A stretch of DNA of 64,000 bases, from contig MU058009.1 of the NCBI GenBank assembly GCA_013265495.1, positions 870,001-934,000 on the forward strand, in the 5' to 3' direction. Shown piece after piece: positions 12,330-25,519 of the stretch. Origin of the DNA: Vicugna vicugna. Lineage: Eukaryota. How positions within the stretch are numbered: the first letter of the stretch is position 1; each line of letters opens with the position of its first letter. The notes beneath the pieces are model-generated. The model searched no databases, was not told where the DNA came from, and was given only the letters and a program-made list of their open reading frames with translations. The position numbers and the translations under genes were made by a program.

Positions 12330-13440
12330 TCAATTAAACGTTGGTGGAAGAATCTAATGCAGGAGGATGCTGCTACAGAAAGAAGGATTAAAAATAGTGT
12401 TAAGTTCTTCAGAAGGTCAGAAGGAATGGAAGAAGGCACACTTTGCAGAAATTTAGACAAGGTTTTCACGTAATAGGAGAGGTAGCAAGGAAGGGTGCAG
12501 ATGATGGAAGATTTTTATGTCTGGGAAGAGAAATAAGAAAGAGTTCCTGTCTGATGGCTTCTATTTTCTCTTTGAAACAACAGTAGAGATACTTGAGGAG
12601 TGAGAGAAAGATTTGAAGAGAGAAAAGAGTAGACTTGCAGTCAATGTAGTTAACTCATCATAGTTTGGAGACCTTGGAGTTGTAGTGGAACAAAGTTGTC
12701 TCCGTGTACGTGTGTGTGTGTGTGCGTGCGCGTGTACGCGCAGGTGCATGTGTGTTTAATCTGTGCTCAGCAACTCAGGTGCAGGTATGGAGGACACATT
12801 TGTTTGGGTTCTTTCAGCATTGGGAGTTTGAAAGATAGACGAGGCAAAACACTAAGGGTAAAATGAATTTAAGATTTATAGGCAGTGTTATTTAAATAAT
12901 GGAGTCTGGATTCCAAAGATAAGAAGAATGGACTGGAGGTGATAAGGTTAAAGTAGGTATATTTGATAAGCAAGATGGAAGATAAAAAATTTTATCTAGA
13001 GAAGGGGATGACTGACTTCAGGATTTTGGAATGTGGAGCAGTCTACCATATAACCAAGTTCAAGGAACATACTTGAATGGATCAGAGATGGTCATTTAGA
13101 CATGAAGAGGCTAAGGAAGTGAACCAAAATATTCAATAAATCATCCCTGTGGAATCCGAAGTAATGGAAGTTGATGTTAGAATTTCGACAAAGTTTCAGT
13201 TGGATTTAAAGAGAATGAGATGGAACATTTAGTGAGTGAAAATTCATGGGACAGACTAATGACTCAAGAGGAATAAATTGAAGGTCCAATAGATAATAGT
13301 ATTTAGAGAATGGTATAGTCCAAGAGCAGAAACCTCAAAGGAGACAGTTTACTTTTACCAGGAGAAGCAATAAGAAGCCATAGGGAACCAGAAGGCTAGA
13401 ACGGGTACTTCTTTATCTCGAGTTAAAACAGATGTGAGAA
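12330..13440 (-). mobile_element. Degenerate L2 internal fragment(s)
   Basis: Long purine-rich stretch with antisense L2-like motifs, e.g. tctgatggcttctattttctc. Confidence 0.5.
12703..12742. repeat. 40-bp alternating purine-pyrimidine (TG/CG) tract
   Basis: cgtgtacgtgtgtgtgtgtgtgcgtgcgcgtgtacgcgca. Confidence 0.9.
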
Positions 13441-13869
13441 AACAATTATCTACCACTTCAGTTAAGCATGAAAACAAGTGCGTAAATGATGCCAAAATGA
13501 ACTGAATCCATGACGTCTACAATGCAGATAGATTTCAGAGTGAACGTCGTATAAATGAAAAACATACTATTTACATACGTATACCACACATACCGCAGGA
13601 CTGGCAGTTCCGGGGGTACAGCAGAATGGTTTGAAAATTGGAGGCTGTGTAAGGACGAAGGGCATGTGATTATATGATGACAGGACAGCGGAGGACAGAC
13701 GGCCAGAAAAGCATACAGTAGGCATAGTAGATTTGGACTCGCTGGTCACTTTAAAATAGGTGGCTGTCATGTCTACAACGAGTTAAACACCTATTCTATA
13801 TCAAAACAATGCTGAGACCTAGAAATCCTAAAAAAAAAAAAAAATTTCTCCTACCTGTATAATCGTTTC

Positions 13870-14480
13870 AATCCTTGATTTCACCTCTGCCTTAATTTAC
13901 AAGCACCATATCTCTTACTTGTAGATTTTACCACATTTTCCTAACTCATCTCCATGTCTCTTCTCTTGACCCCTTTTAACCCAATCTCTGCAAAGCTGCC
14001 TGAACAATCTTTGTAGAATATGACTTGATCATATAACTCTTCTTCAAAATACCCATCAGTAGCTTTCCAACATAAGTTTCTGTTTCATAGGGTCCTGCTT
14101 GTCTCCTAAATCTTTTCTTTCTGTCCCCAACCCAGGAACATTATGCTCCATCAGTATGGAACCACGTTTTCTAGAATTTTCCGTGGTGCCTTTCAGTTCC
14201 AAGCCTTTGCTCACGTATGCTCTTTGCCCAGAGCTTCCCTCCCGCCTCTTGTGTCAGATGTTTTGTCTCCCACAGCCGAGTTTCTAACTCAAGCCTTTCC
14301 CTGGCTCTAGTTTTCTGGGAAGGGTTAATCAATCTCTCCTTTGTATCTTGTATATGTCTTTCCAAACTGCATTGACAAATGTTTGCTGAGTTAATTTTTT
14401 TCCCTAGTAGTTTTCTCAAGTAAGACAGTGAACTTCTTGCATGATGATGATTCTGTTATAGAAGATGCTTGATAAAGCCT
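13870..14480 (+). mobile_element. L2 3' fragment
   Basis: ccatatctcttacttg...cctaactcatctcc...gatcatataactcttcttcaaaa...aagcctttgctcacg...aagcctttccctgg. Confidence 0.7.
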
Positions 14481-16209
14481 GGCCCACGTGGAGTGGACTT
14501 CACGTACCTGCTCTTGTCGTAAGCACATTGCTTTCAAGTCAGCTTTCTCTCTTTTGGCTCCACTCTTGAAAAACAAATTGACCTCTCTGAATGTTTCCTC
14601 TAATGCCCTTGTTGGAAAATGTTAATAACTGGTCAGTGACAGGTGTGATTAAGCCTTCCCTTCTCCTTTTATTTAGATTGGTGTCACTGCACTGGCTCCA
14701 AGAGAGCCGTAAAGAACATTAACACTGCATCCACCACGACAGAGCAGACCGTCCCCTAGAAATTGATAAGGGCTTTTTTTTCTGGAAATAAATTTGGCTG
14801 TGGCAAAACAAACGGCTGTCTCAATTGCCATCCATCTCCCTTTCTTTAATAACTTTCATTTATTTCTCCACATCCCTTTCTCAGATAAATATAACAAGTG
14901 CATTTATCTTTGAAAGAAGGGGAACTGGCAGAATTGTCTAACACAGAGGAAAACTGAATGTCCCCTAACCAGGTCCTTAGACATGCCTTAAAATATGGTT
15001 GGTTTGGGAGTTTTGGTTAACGGTTCTGAATTCTGGGTCTTGTGTCTCTAACAGGAATCAATGATCCTGAAAAGAAATTTAAAAGCAATTTTTAATTCCT
15101 TGACCGGGATAAAATACTCAAACTGGTAGCATATTAAAAAGGCTTTCAAAATGGTTTCATGTGAGAATTATCGGATAATATGATTATAGAATAAAATAAA
15201 ATTTCCCTTCTGCTTTTGGAAGAAAAAGAAAACACGAGTTGGTACCTTAAACCATGAAGTAAGTAAATTTATAAAATGTATATCAGACAAGCCGGTGTGG
15301 ACTAGTATGTGTTAGACAATGTGGATCTCTGGCTCCCTGAAATTTCACTTGCCAACAAGGAGTTAAAGAAAGTAACATACATCTTGTGGGAGTGACACAT
15401 TTATGCATTTTCCCCTTGGCTTTAAAATTTTCTGCTTCTATTTCTTTTTAAACCCTGCTGGTCAGTAAGCCTCAAACATTCCCTTTTCTCTAGAAAATGA
15501 GAAAGTATGACTCAATAGGAAAAAAATGTTTAAAAAATATTGCTCAATTTACCTTAGATGCCTCTCAGACTATTAATTTTAAGAAATATTGAATCAAGAA
15601 CACACACCACAAAACAAAGGAGAAAAGCAAAGAAACAGCAAGAACAAAAATATCAACTCTTATCATTCCCCTAAATTAACCCAACTCTTAAAATCTTCCA
15701 TAGAATTTGTCAGTGGAATGATTGGTTTAGAATTTCTAGGTTCAGTGATACAAAAATTGAGCACACAAGTTATCTGGCTCACCTACTAGCTTTGGTGATC
15801 AGCCACTTCAAGGAAAATATTTTCCATGTCTTATAATAATATTAATTTACATCTGGAGGACAGGGGTGCCCAAAGGGTTCATTTTCCCCAGACCTCCTCC
15901 ACTGTTCTTATGGCATGCGTTTTGATACACATCCAGTAGGGACTCCCAATCCCATTCTTGGGATAAGAAAGCTTATAACCAGTAAGGGGAGTTCTGCCCG
16001 AGGCCACACATCTTAACTAAGAACAAAGGCCAGGAGCAAGAGTTTTCTGGTGAGTCATTTCACTGGACTCATACTTATATTTAAGGAATAGGTAAGTCCT
16101 GTAGGCCTGTGCTGGCTAGTAAACAGAACACAGCGATGCCTTATTAATCCAGAACCAGGGGGGAATAAAGTGAGTAAAACGTCGTATGGAAATTTTTCAG
16201 ATACTCATA

Positions 16210-16410
16210 ATACCTAACATGCATACAGTGCTTTTCCAAACCACGCGGCTGTCACAGCCATTGTTTCACTTCATCCTCACAACTTAGGTCATTTTACAGC
16301 TATGAGAAAACGGAAAGCAAGAAAATAGAGGTTAAGACTCTCTCCCGTGTTTATAAAATTAGTCATCAGGGCTGGGATTTGAACCTTGGTGTTTCAACTT
16401 ACAGTCAGAC
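16210..16410 (-). mobile_element. MIR SINE
   Basis: tcatcctcacaac...cattttacag...gggctgggatttgaacc. Confidence 0.65.
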
Positions 16411-17069
16411 GTTCATACTTGAAGGAACTCTTAGAGATGAATTTTATTTCTGCAAGTCCCAAAATATGTTTTTAGTTTAAAGTTCTTCCACAGACCGTTT
16501 TAAACATTATTAGGTTCTTCCTGGTATTCACAGAGAAAGGGTACTACATATAATTTAAACTTTTTTTTTTCCTCTTGAGCCAGGATGAGCATAACTATTT
16601 CCAACACTACACTTTACTGTAATGAATATAGGCTTATAGCTACATTTTAGTGATTCTTTCCTATTTCTTAGTAGGAGTTTGTCAGATATCACCATTCCTG
16701 ATACGTGTACCCACCTCAAAAAGTCTTTCCTATTTCATTTTCTAAGGTTATGCTTCTAAGCCATTAATTTTATTAAACATGTTGAATATGATAATGGGCA
16801 CAGCAATCAGTGAGAGACTAAAATTCCCGGCGTGTATAAACACTGCTCGGAGAATGTATAACGTACACATTTATGGGACCTACTGTCAGAGATTCTGACC
16901 CGGAATGGAGATCAGAAATTTTAACCAATGCCCTGTGTGTTTCTGAAGGAGGTTTTCTCTTGTCTGTGGTTTAATAACCCTCATATAAAAGCAAAGTGCA
17001 TGTTTCATGCATGAAGGACATGATGTCAATTCCATATCTTTTAAAATGTTTACTTCAGATTCTAGGAGA

Positions 17070-17280
17070 GGCAACACGGTTCAGCAAATAGGATTTGGAG
17101 TCAGTCACACCTGGATTAAAATCCAGTTCCGTTACTGTCAAGTTAAGAGACCTTGGAAATACTTCTCAAACTCCCTCAGCCCACATCGCATCATCTGGAA
17201 AATACCCCATCATTTCATCTTACGTGGTTGCTGTTTCTGATACAATGAGATTGCGCCTCTGAAAATATTTTCATAAATCA
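17070..17280 (+). mobile_element. MIR SINE
   Basis: ttggagtcagtcacacctggattaaaatccagttcc...gaccttggaaa...ctcatctggaaaat-like core. Confidence 0.7.
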
Positions 17281-18894
17281 CATGATTCCATACGGTTGTT
17301 TGGAATTTTACAGCTTGTGGGTGCCAGAGTTACTAACAGATCAATCAATTATTACTTTTCCGAAGCTCAATGGTTTTCCAATTGGTGAAGCCAAACTGCT
17401 GCTTTCCTACAGTTCACAACTGCACCAGCAACCGAGATGCAGCATTCAAGGCTAGCAGACCCTGGCTTAGCAGCCCTTCAGGATACATCAGGGGCCATGT
17501 TTGTTCACAAGCCTGCCAGAAAGTGGAAGGAAAAAAAAAAGAAAAACACCCACATGCATACAGGGAAAGTGAAGAGGGAGCAGGGAGCTTCCTCCCAGGG
17601 AAGGTGAAATTGGAAGGTTTTATTGCAATAGATTCTTCCTCCAGGTTGAGCACCTGCTCAGTCACCCAACCTTCCCAATTTGAATAAGTGATTAAGAACT
17701 CGTTAACAGATCATTAGCTAAATCAGCCCGGTGTAGTGAAGAGGACCCAGGTTCACTAATTCGCCTGGGTCACCAAATGCAGACCAAAAAAGGCAATTAA
17801 ATATGTCTGCTAAAAACGCTAGTAATTATGCTATTTTTGTTTCCGGGGCTGAGGGGGGTGATGTGGTTTGTGGAAAAGGGCCCTTCCCCTTGGCATCCTT
17901 GGTGCCCGTACCTGTCACCCTCCTGAGTACAATTCAGAGACAGCTGTACTCCCAACCCCTCCTCCTCATCTCGGGGTTTTCCAGGCGGCTGGGTGGGGGC
18001 CTGATTACTGCTGGACCGCTGGCTGTTTCGCCTTTCGGTCTCTCCTCTCGGCAGCTTCCTGTGCACGTGTCGGGTGTAGGCCTGGCTGCCCAATGGCTGC
18101 TCCCCGCGCTTCATGTGAGAAATCTTTTTCCCCTTGATTGCCGTCTGGCGCAAGGGGTGAACACGTGATACAAACTAAGCCAGGCAGACACTCCTTTCCT
18201 GGGCACAGTCTCTTGCACAGAGATTCAAAAACACTGAAAACGATTGTCACTCCATTTTATTCCAGAAGGAAGTGGCTCAAATCAGTCACTTGTAGTTTCT
18301 GCCTTTAGTACCTCAGTTTCTACTTGTCTCCAAGCCTGGTTGGAGATTCTCCTTGATTCTCCTTGATCCTGTGAGTCCCCAGGAGCTTTCCCCACTCATC
18401 ACCTTTGCCTAAGCTGCCCTGGTCTGCGTCTGTTACTTTCCATTAAGGAAGTCTAACCAATAACGTGGACATTTTAGTTCCTCCTTTCAAACCGGAGGAG
18501 AGAGACTGAGTTAAGTCTTAAAATTGGAATCAGTGTTCTCACCTCTTCTATTTAGATGGTTTCCTGTCTGAAAGTCTTCTGCATCTCAGAAATTGTCACT
18601 GCTCTCCACCCGTGGGCTCATGCCAGAGAACTGGAAGTCTCTTGGTTCTTTTCTTGATCACCCCCTACATTTAGCCATCAGCATATGGGACTGTTTTATC
18701 TCCAGATTATATATATATATATATATAGATTCTCTTCATTTGTCTCAATCTTCACTTCTACTTTTGTCTTTCCCCCAAAATATTTTCACACAGCAGCCAC
18801 TGCCCCCCTCCCAGCACATTTTAACATAAATCGGATAATCTCACTAGATTATTTAAACATCTTCAAAGATTTTTTATTGTGATTAAAGAAGTTC

Positions 18895-19060
18895 TTACTA
18901 GATAGCCCAGGAAACAATATTCAATACCTTGTAATAGACGATGATGAAAAAGAATATGAAAAGGAATATATATGTGTATAACTGAATCACTGTGCCGTAC
19001 ACCAGAAATGAACACAACATTGTAAACTGATTACACTTCAGAAAAATTTAAAAATTAATA
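18895..19060 (+). mobile_element. L1 extreme 3' end (cetartiodactyl/camelid type)
   Basis: tattcaataccttgtaata...ataactgaatcactgtgccgtacaccagaaatgaacacaacattgtaaa followed by an A-rich tail. Confidence 0.85.
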
Positions 19061-20379
19061 GTAATAAACTCCCAAACAAAACAGCAGTACGTGCAAGCTG
19101 TCTTGCCAGTGTAAGTTCTTCTTACCAGGAAAAGTTTATACTCACTTAACCCTGGATTCCTCACTGTTTCCTCAACCATTTATAAATACGTGTAGCCTGC
19201 TTTCAGAGGAGAGCTGCTGTCCCAATAAAATATGATTGGTTGCCCCTCTTTAACTTCCACTGTCTCAGTTCTCCATCCCCCACAGTCTCGTTGAAACGTA
19301 AATCACTGTATCTGTGTCTGCTGATCATCCCATTTGTTATGTCCGGTGCTGTGCCTTTTTCCTTCTGCTTGTTGAAAGGGGCCCTGGAAAAGACTCTATC
19401 CTCAGCTTCCCTTTCCTTTATTCTTTGAACAACGACGTGTGAAGCACTTTCTGTGCGCTGGACCTTGTGCTGGGTGCTACATCCATCTGTTACCTGACAC
19501 TTTTTCCTTCCCCTTTGCCTCCATTTTTATTTTAGCTTTCACTGTTGCCTGAAAACCACTGTATGCACTTCTTAACTCCCCACGGAAGCCCTTCTAACTG
19601 TTCATTTCTACACTTCCTCGCCCTCAAACCTCAGGCTTGACTCCTACCTTTATCTCACTCAGCTTATGGCTACATTAGAAGCTTGAGGACATTACTTCTT
19701 CTGTCTCCTCCCCCCATGTCCTCTCACGGCCGTCACCCTAGAGCAGCTCCTGTTGTCCCCTTCCTGAGCTACTGCAGCCATCTAACCGTTTCTCCTTCTT
19801 TCAGTGGCCTCTGGTCCCTGTTCTGCTTTGTTCTGTTCTGGTCTGCTCCGTTCCAGTGTTTTATTCCTTCCCTCCCCTCCCTTGCATCCTCCTCTTTTTC
19901 CATTGGCTTCTCTTTTCCTTCCTTCCTACCACTGCCATTAGGTAAATTTGGTTTTCAAAACCACAATATCTCTCAGATGGTTTGTTCTTGGTTCACCAAT
20001 GCAAGCCTAGAGATTCTGATTTAATTGGTCCAGGGTGGGGCCCAGAGTTATAAAACACCTACTAGGGTCACATAAGAAGCACTAAAAAACACTAATCATT
20101 AAACAAAGCCTCCATTTCTTAATGTGGCATTTTAAAAGGTCCAAACTACAGTTCCAAGATTTCAAAACCCCCAGTCCTTGGTGCATCCTCATGTGGATGT
20201 GTCTCCAACCGAACTGCCTGCTACAATCATACATGACTTGAGACCTCCTACATTTCTGCTCATAAAATTTCTGATATCTAAAATTTACAATTGTAGCAAA
20301 CACGATGTCACTGCTTCATCCTAATTTTTCCACTTGTCAAAATTCTACTTGATACATTCAGAACTCTTGCAAAGTGTTA

Positions 20380-21420
20380 AGAAACACACTAAAATTCCAG
20401 CACTCAAAAATGTGGGCAAAGGGCATGGACAGGTATTTATAACAAATGTAAATTGCTCATGGCTATTAAACATAAGAACATTTTACTGAATCAAATACAG
20501 ATTTTTTTTACTTTTTTTATTGAGTTACAGTCATTTTACAATGTTGTGTCAAATTCCAGTGTAGAGCACAATTTTTCAGTTATACATGAACATACGTATA
20601 TTCATTGTCACTTTTTTATCCTCTCTGAGCTACCACAAGATCTTGTATATATTTCCCTGTGCTATACAGTATAATCTTGTTTATCTATTCTACATTTTGA
20701 AATCCCAGTCTGTCCCTTCCCACCCCCGCCCCCTTGGCAACCACAAGTTTGTATTCTATATCTATGAGTCTGTTTCTGTTTTGTATTTATGTTCTTTTTT
20801 TTTTTAAATTCTACATATGGTATTTTTCTTTCTCTTTCTGACTTATTTCACTTAGAATGACATTCTCCACGAACATCCAGGTTGCTGCAAATGGCGTTAT
20901 GTTATCGGTTTTTATGGCTGAATAGTATTCCATTGTATAAAATAAATATACCTTCATTATCCAGTCATCTGTCGATGCACATTTAGGCTGTTTCCATGTT
21001 TTGGCTATTGTAAATAGTGCTGCTATGAACATTGGGGTGCAAGTGTCCAAATACAGATTTAAATGACAATAAGATACCTGCTTGTTTCAAACAAAATAAT
21101 AGTGCTTTTAAAAGAATAATATTTAGTTCCAACCAGGAGCTCATGAGACCAGCAACTTTATTTACTGCTATTGAGAATGTAACACATTTTCTTCATATGT
21201 GGCAAAATGTAATGAGAATCATAAAATCAGTTTTTGATTTAGTAATCTCACTTATATAAATTTATTCTGAAGAAATGATCAGAAATTCAGACAAAGATTT
21301 ATATTTAAAGATATTTACCAAAGAAGTTATTTATCTTAGCAAAACACTGAAAAAATTAAATGGCCAGTAGTTGGGAAATAGCTACAGAAATAATCCCCAT
21401 GTTGGAATTTTTCCATTAGA
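20380..21420 (+). mobile_element. Old L1 (L1ME-like) ORF2 3' remnant, split by the young L1 at 20505-21047
   Basis: tgggcaaagggcatggacagg...tggctattaaacataaga | caaatacagatttaaatgacaataagatacc...agtaatctcactt...aaagatatttacca. Confidence 0.6.
20505..21047 (-). mobile_element. Young camelid-type L1, 5'-truncated, with a perfect 13-bp target-site duplication
   Basis: ORF 20811..21050 gives [23 protein letters not shown]...MEYYSAIK (L1 ORF2 C-terminus); caaatacagattt at 20492-20504 and 21048-21060. Confidence 0.95.
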
Positions 21421-21435
21421 AATAGTGCTTATGGA

Positions 21436-21632
21436 GGGGGGCAGGGTATAGCTCAGCGGCAGAGCACATGCTTAGCATGCACGAGGTCCTGGGTTCAATC
21501 CTCAGTGCCTCCATTAAAATAAATAAGTAAATAAATAAGCTTAGTGACCTCCCCTCCAAAACAAAAGCAAAAAACAAACAAAAATAAATAAAATCAATTA
21601 TTAAAAAATAAGTCTATTATTTATTAAAAAAT
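21436..21632 (+). mobile_element. tRNA-Ala(AGC)-derived SINE, Vic-1 type (camelid)
   Basis: gggtatagctcagcggcagagcacatgcttagcatgcacgaggtcctgggttcaatcc with A box and B box, A-rich tail, and TSD aaatagtgctta (21420-21431) / aaataatgctta (21633-21644). Confidence 0.9.
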
Positions 21633-22009
21633 AAATAATGCTTACAATGGACATCACATAAAAAAATGTGTAATGAAAGTGAAGATCTTCTAACAATGTC
21701 TGTACATTGTTTTTGAGATGGGGCTTATCCCTCACTCCTGATGTTCCCTTCTTTGGGCTACTTCTTGTCTCTTTGCTTCCTCCCGTGCTCCACCCCCTGA
21801 AAGGAGTAACTTAATAGATGGGTGGATTTGAACCCTCAGCTTTTCTTCTGTTTTTCAATTTTCATATCCTTTTGGTTCAGAGAACTCACATTTTGGATTT
21901 TCCTATATGGAAAAGTTTTATAAGTTCAGCCCCTAAAATAGGGAAAACCACAAATATCCAATATTGCTTATGTGGGTAAATCTACCAAATCTTATTTTTA
22001 AATTTGCTA

Positions 22010-22850
22010 GGTGATTTACATATATCATCTCATTTAATCCTCAAAAAATTATAGCAAGTTATCATTACCATTTTACAGATGGGAAAATTGAGGTTAATAC
22101 TTTTATTTACTTAGGACTCCCCAGTTACAGGCATACCTTATTTTATTGTGCTTTATTTCATGATTCTTTACAGATATTGCTTTTTTTTTTTAACAGCAAC
22201 CATGTGTTGAGCAAGTCTTTTGGAGCCATTTTTCCAACAGCATTTGCTCACTTCATATCTCCATGTCACATTTTAATAATTCTCACAGTGTTTTTCATTA
22301 TGACTATATGTGTTACGGTGATCTGTGATCATCCTCTTCCCTGAGACACAACGCTATTGAAATTAGACCAGTTAATAACCCGACAACCCCATGTAAGTGT
22401 TCATGTGAAAGGAAGCGTCAATCAGTGCAGCAAACTTCGTTGTTGTCTTATTTTAAGAAACTGCCACAGTGACCCTAACTTTCAGCAGCCATCACCCCGA
22501 TCGGTCAGCAGCCATCGACATCCAGGAAAGAAACTCCACAAGCAAAAAGATTAGGGCTCTCTGAAGGCTCAGATGGTGGTTTGCATTTTTTAACAAAGAG
22601 TATTTTTTTAAGTAAGGTGTATGTACATTGTTTTTTTAAGACATACGGATGCTTTTACATACTTAATAGACTGCAGTGTAGTGTAAACATAACTTTTGTA
22701 TGCATTGAGAAACTAAAAAAATTGGCTCTACTGTGGTGGTCTGGAACCGAACCAGCAACATCTCAGAGGTCTGCCTGTAGAAAGCTGACAGAGACAATAA
22801 TTAGACCTTAGGTGTGACTGACCACAGGACCTTTGCTTCTAATGATTAAT
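22010..22850 (-). mobile_element. MIR SINE split by Tigger1
   Basis: tcatttaatcctca...cattttacagatgggaaaattgagg on the left; gaaagctgacagag...ttagaccttaggtgtgactgac continues the MIR on the right. Confidence 0.7.
22128..22777 (+). mobile_element. Internally deleted Tigger1 (TcMar) DNA transposon with both ends
   Basis: Starts TA|caggcatacct and ends gtggtctggaaccgaacc...gaggtctgcctg|TA; terminal inverted repeats plus TA duplication. Confidence 0.92.
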
Positions 22851-25519
22851 ATCACTGCTTTCTTGGAAGAAGAGTCTGCTTCCCATTTAAAAATAAAAAT
22901 TAAAAAAAAACTGAAGCAAAATAGAGCTCGAGTTTGGCATGCAGGAAAATAATTGAGTTCCAAACGCTTTTGTTTTAGTATTTCTAGGAACCTCTAGGTA
23001 TAAGTTGAAGGGTCAAAAATTACACAATAAGCATCCAATTTTCAGGCAGTGGTTCGAGGGAGTGAGAAGCCTGAGGTGAGAAAAGGACTGTGCCAATCAT
23101 TGCCCTTTGCACCCTCTCCCCCGCGCCGAGAGTGCACCTGCCTGAGAAGAACCACCCGCAGGACCTCCTTCGGCGCCCCGCGTTCTGTGAGATGCTCTTT
23201 CCTAGCGCGGGCTGCCTTCACAACTCCAGTAATTGCTTGTAAATCCTACTAAGCTCCGGAAGCTTTCGGTTCATTTGTTCAGCTGTGATGTGCTAGGAGC
23301 TAATAAACCCGAATGAGAAGTCGTTCCTGGAATCATCTCTCGGGAATTAAACGCCCCAGGAAAACTCCAAGTTCCTTGCCCTCAGACATGATGGTTTAGA
23401 GCAAAGATCCATTTTACGGGGGGCCGACATGCAAATGCGTGCACAGGATGCCTTGTTTTAGGAGGTGGCAAGAAGCATCTGGAGGCCCCCTCGGTCATGA
23501 TGCCAGCGGGGGTTAGCAGAGCACAGATCAGATGCTAAGTCCAGAGACAATCACATATCTCGTCCCTGCCAAGAGGCGTTTGAAAAGTGCTTGCATGACT
23601 ACAGCACTGAACTGAACACAGGACCTCAATACTGGATAACATACTTAGCATCTTAGAGTTTGCAGTGAGTATTTTTAATATGTTTTCATTTTCCCATTGA
23701 GAAGACAGAGGGAAAGCTCTTGGGGGAAACCGAAGCAGCACGCCCCGGTCCCTTGATCTCTCTTCATGTCGGACACCATGAGCTGATCAACACTAATCCA
23801 TACTCTCACCAGCTTACATCTCCCGCTTGACACCCACCACATACCCAGGTCCCATTCTAGATGCAAAGTCTTGCAGAAGGGGCTTCCTGACTCTTTCTAG
23901 CCCTCTCTATTCATCCGCTAGACTTGTAAGCTAAACTCTATATAACCCCCAAAATATTTCAGAAACAGTCATTCTATCAAGCAACTTTACTTATTAGCTA
24001 ATGAACACTCATTCTTCAGTTATTTGCAATGTTCAGACGTGTCAACCTAGCATGCAAGACTGAAAAATCATCTCTGGGTATACTTTATAGCCAATCCCTC
24101 ATCCCCTACTGTTGTTCATTTCCGATTATTGTTCAACACATAGTCTGCCAGCAAGGCTAGATTTTTCACGATCTCCCAAGTGTACCAAGCTGTGTTGTCT
24201 CTTAATGGCTATATTTACAATTTCATCAACCTAGATTCTCTTCTCCCATTCCTCTCTGCCCATCCAATTTCCATCCTGCTTGCTACCTCACACCTGAGTA
24301 GGAAAAACTGTCTCATGGGGTATAACAAGTATGAAGATTTTTCTGGGTATGGCAACGTTAAGTCTTTGGGAAGAAATTTCCTGTCCTTCACAGCACGATT
24401 TAAATCATATACAATATGGTGTCTTTCAACATCTTCCAAAAGGAAGAGAAGAATTATAATAGTCAATTACTTTCTTCTTCGGGAGAGACAGATGCCTGAA
24501 AGGAAAGACAGATATGCAAGGAGACCCAGAAATAGAATGTTTTCCAAAACACACCAAGCACATTGACTTGTACTTTTCTGCTGGCTAATGATATCATCAG
24601 AGCCAAGCTGATATGATGATGTGATGATTTTTGAAGTTCTGGATATAAGATTAAAAAAGAAAACAGTAGGAATAACAAGTTTTGCTTTTCCAACTCCGTT
24701 TCCAATTGGAGGCTGTAAGTTGGCAGGGAAAGTAAGATCTGAGTAGGGAACAGCTGGCTGTGTAGATGGTGTCAAAGCAGAATTTGTTTTCCTGGACCAT
24801 GGCTTTCCTGAACAAAGAGTTCCTGGCAAGAGACGGTGTTCATCTCACAGGGAACGTGGGAGGAGAGTTGCTGACCTGACCAAAGAGCTTAAAAATGAGA
24901 TTTTGTAGAAGAAAGTGAAAAATGCCTAAATAAAACTGCAAAACTGGATGCCCCCAAGGGTAACAGTGACACAGAAAGAAGCAACGTGATGCAGGCTGTG
25001 TTCTGTTATTCTCAGGAGAAGATAAGAAAGCAGAGGATCAAGATGCTCGGGCCCCAGATGTCTCTTTTCCAGTGTAGGTCAGCCCCTGCCCTGCTCCCCG
25101 GGTGTGCTTTCTGTCGGGATCCCTGCACCTCTACTTGCTGCTGCTGCAGATCCAGGCTCTCTGGGCTTCTGATGCAATTGATATCAGGGTGGAGGGCAAG
25201 TAATTTGCCTGAGACGTCTCGGGCTTGAATCAAATGCGTGCTGTGCCTGGTGGGCCTGCCGCCACTGACAGGAGTCCAAGTGTCTCTGCTCCAAGTTTTC
25301 TGTGCAGCAGATCAGGCTGAGCTCCCAAGTGCCACATGGCACGTGTTGGGCATCTGCATAGATCTCAGCTCTGCCTGCGCTGACCTGCTTCTTTGAACTG
25401 AGTTTCTGCTTTGGTTTCCTTCCTTTGAACATCGTTGGTTGATGCGCCTGATGCTTCAGGCTTATTATCAGCAGGGACATGTTCTGAACTCCAGGAGGTG
25501 ACTGAGCCAGTAGAGCACA

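Noticed and set aside
18880..19130. Possible L1 3' transduction bounded by aagttctt repeats
   Set aside because: The putative TSD is short and imperfect, and there is no second poly-A
21443..21513. Functional tRNA-Ala gene
   Set aside because: Has a SINE tail and TSD, imperfect stems and no oligo-T terminator
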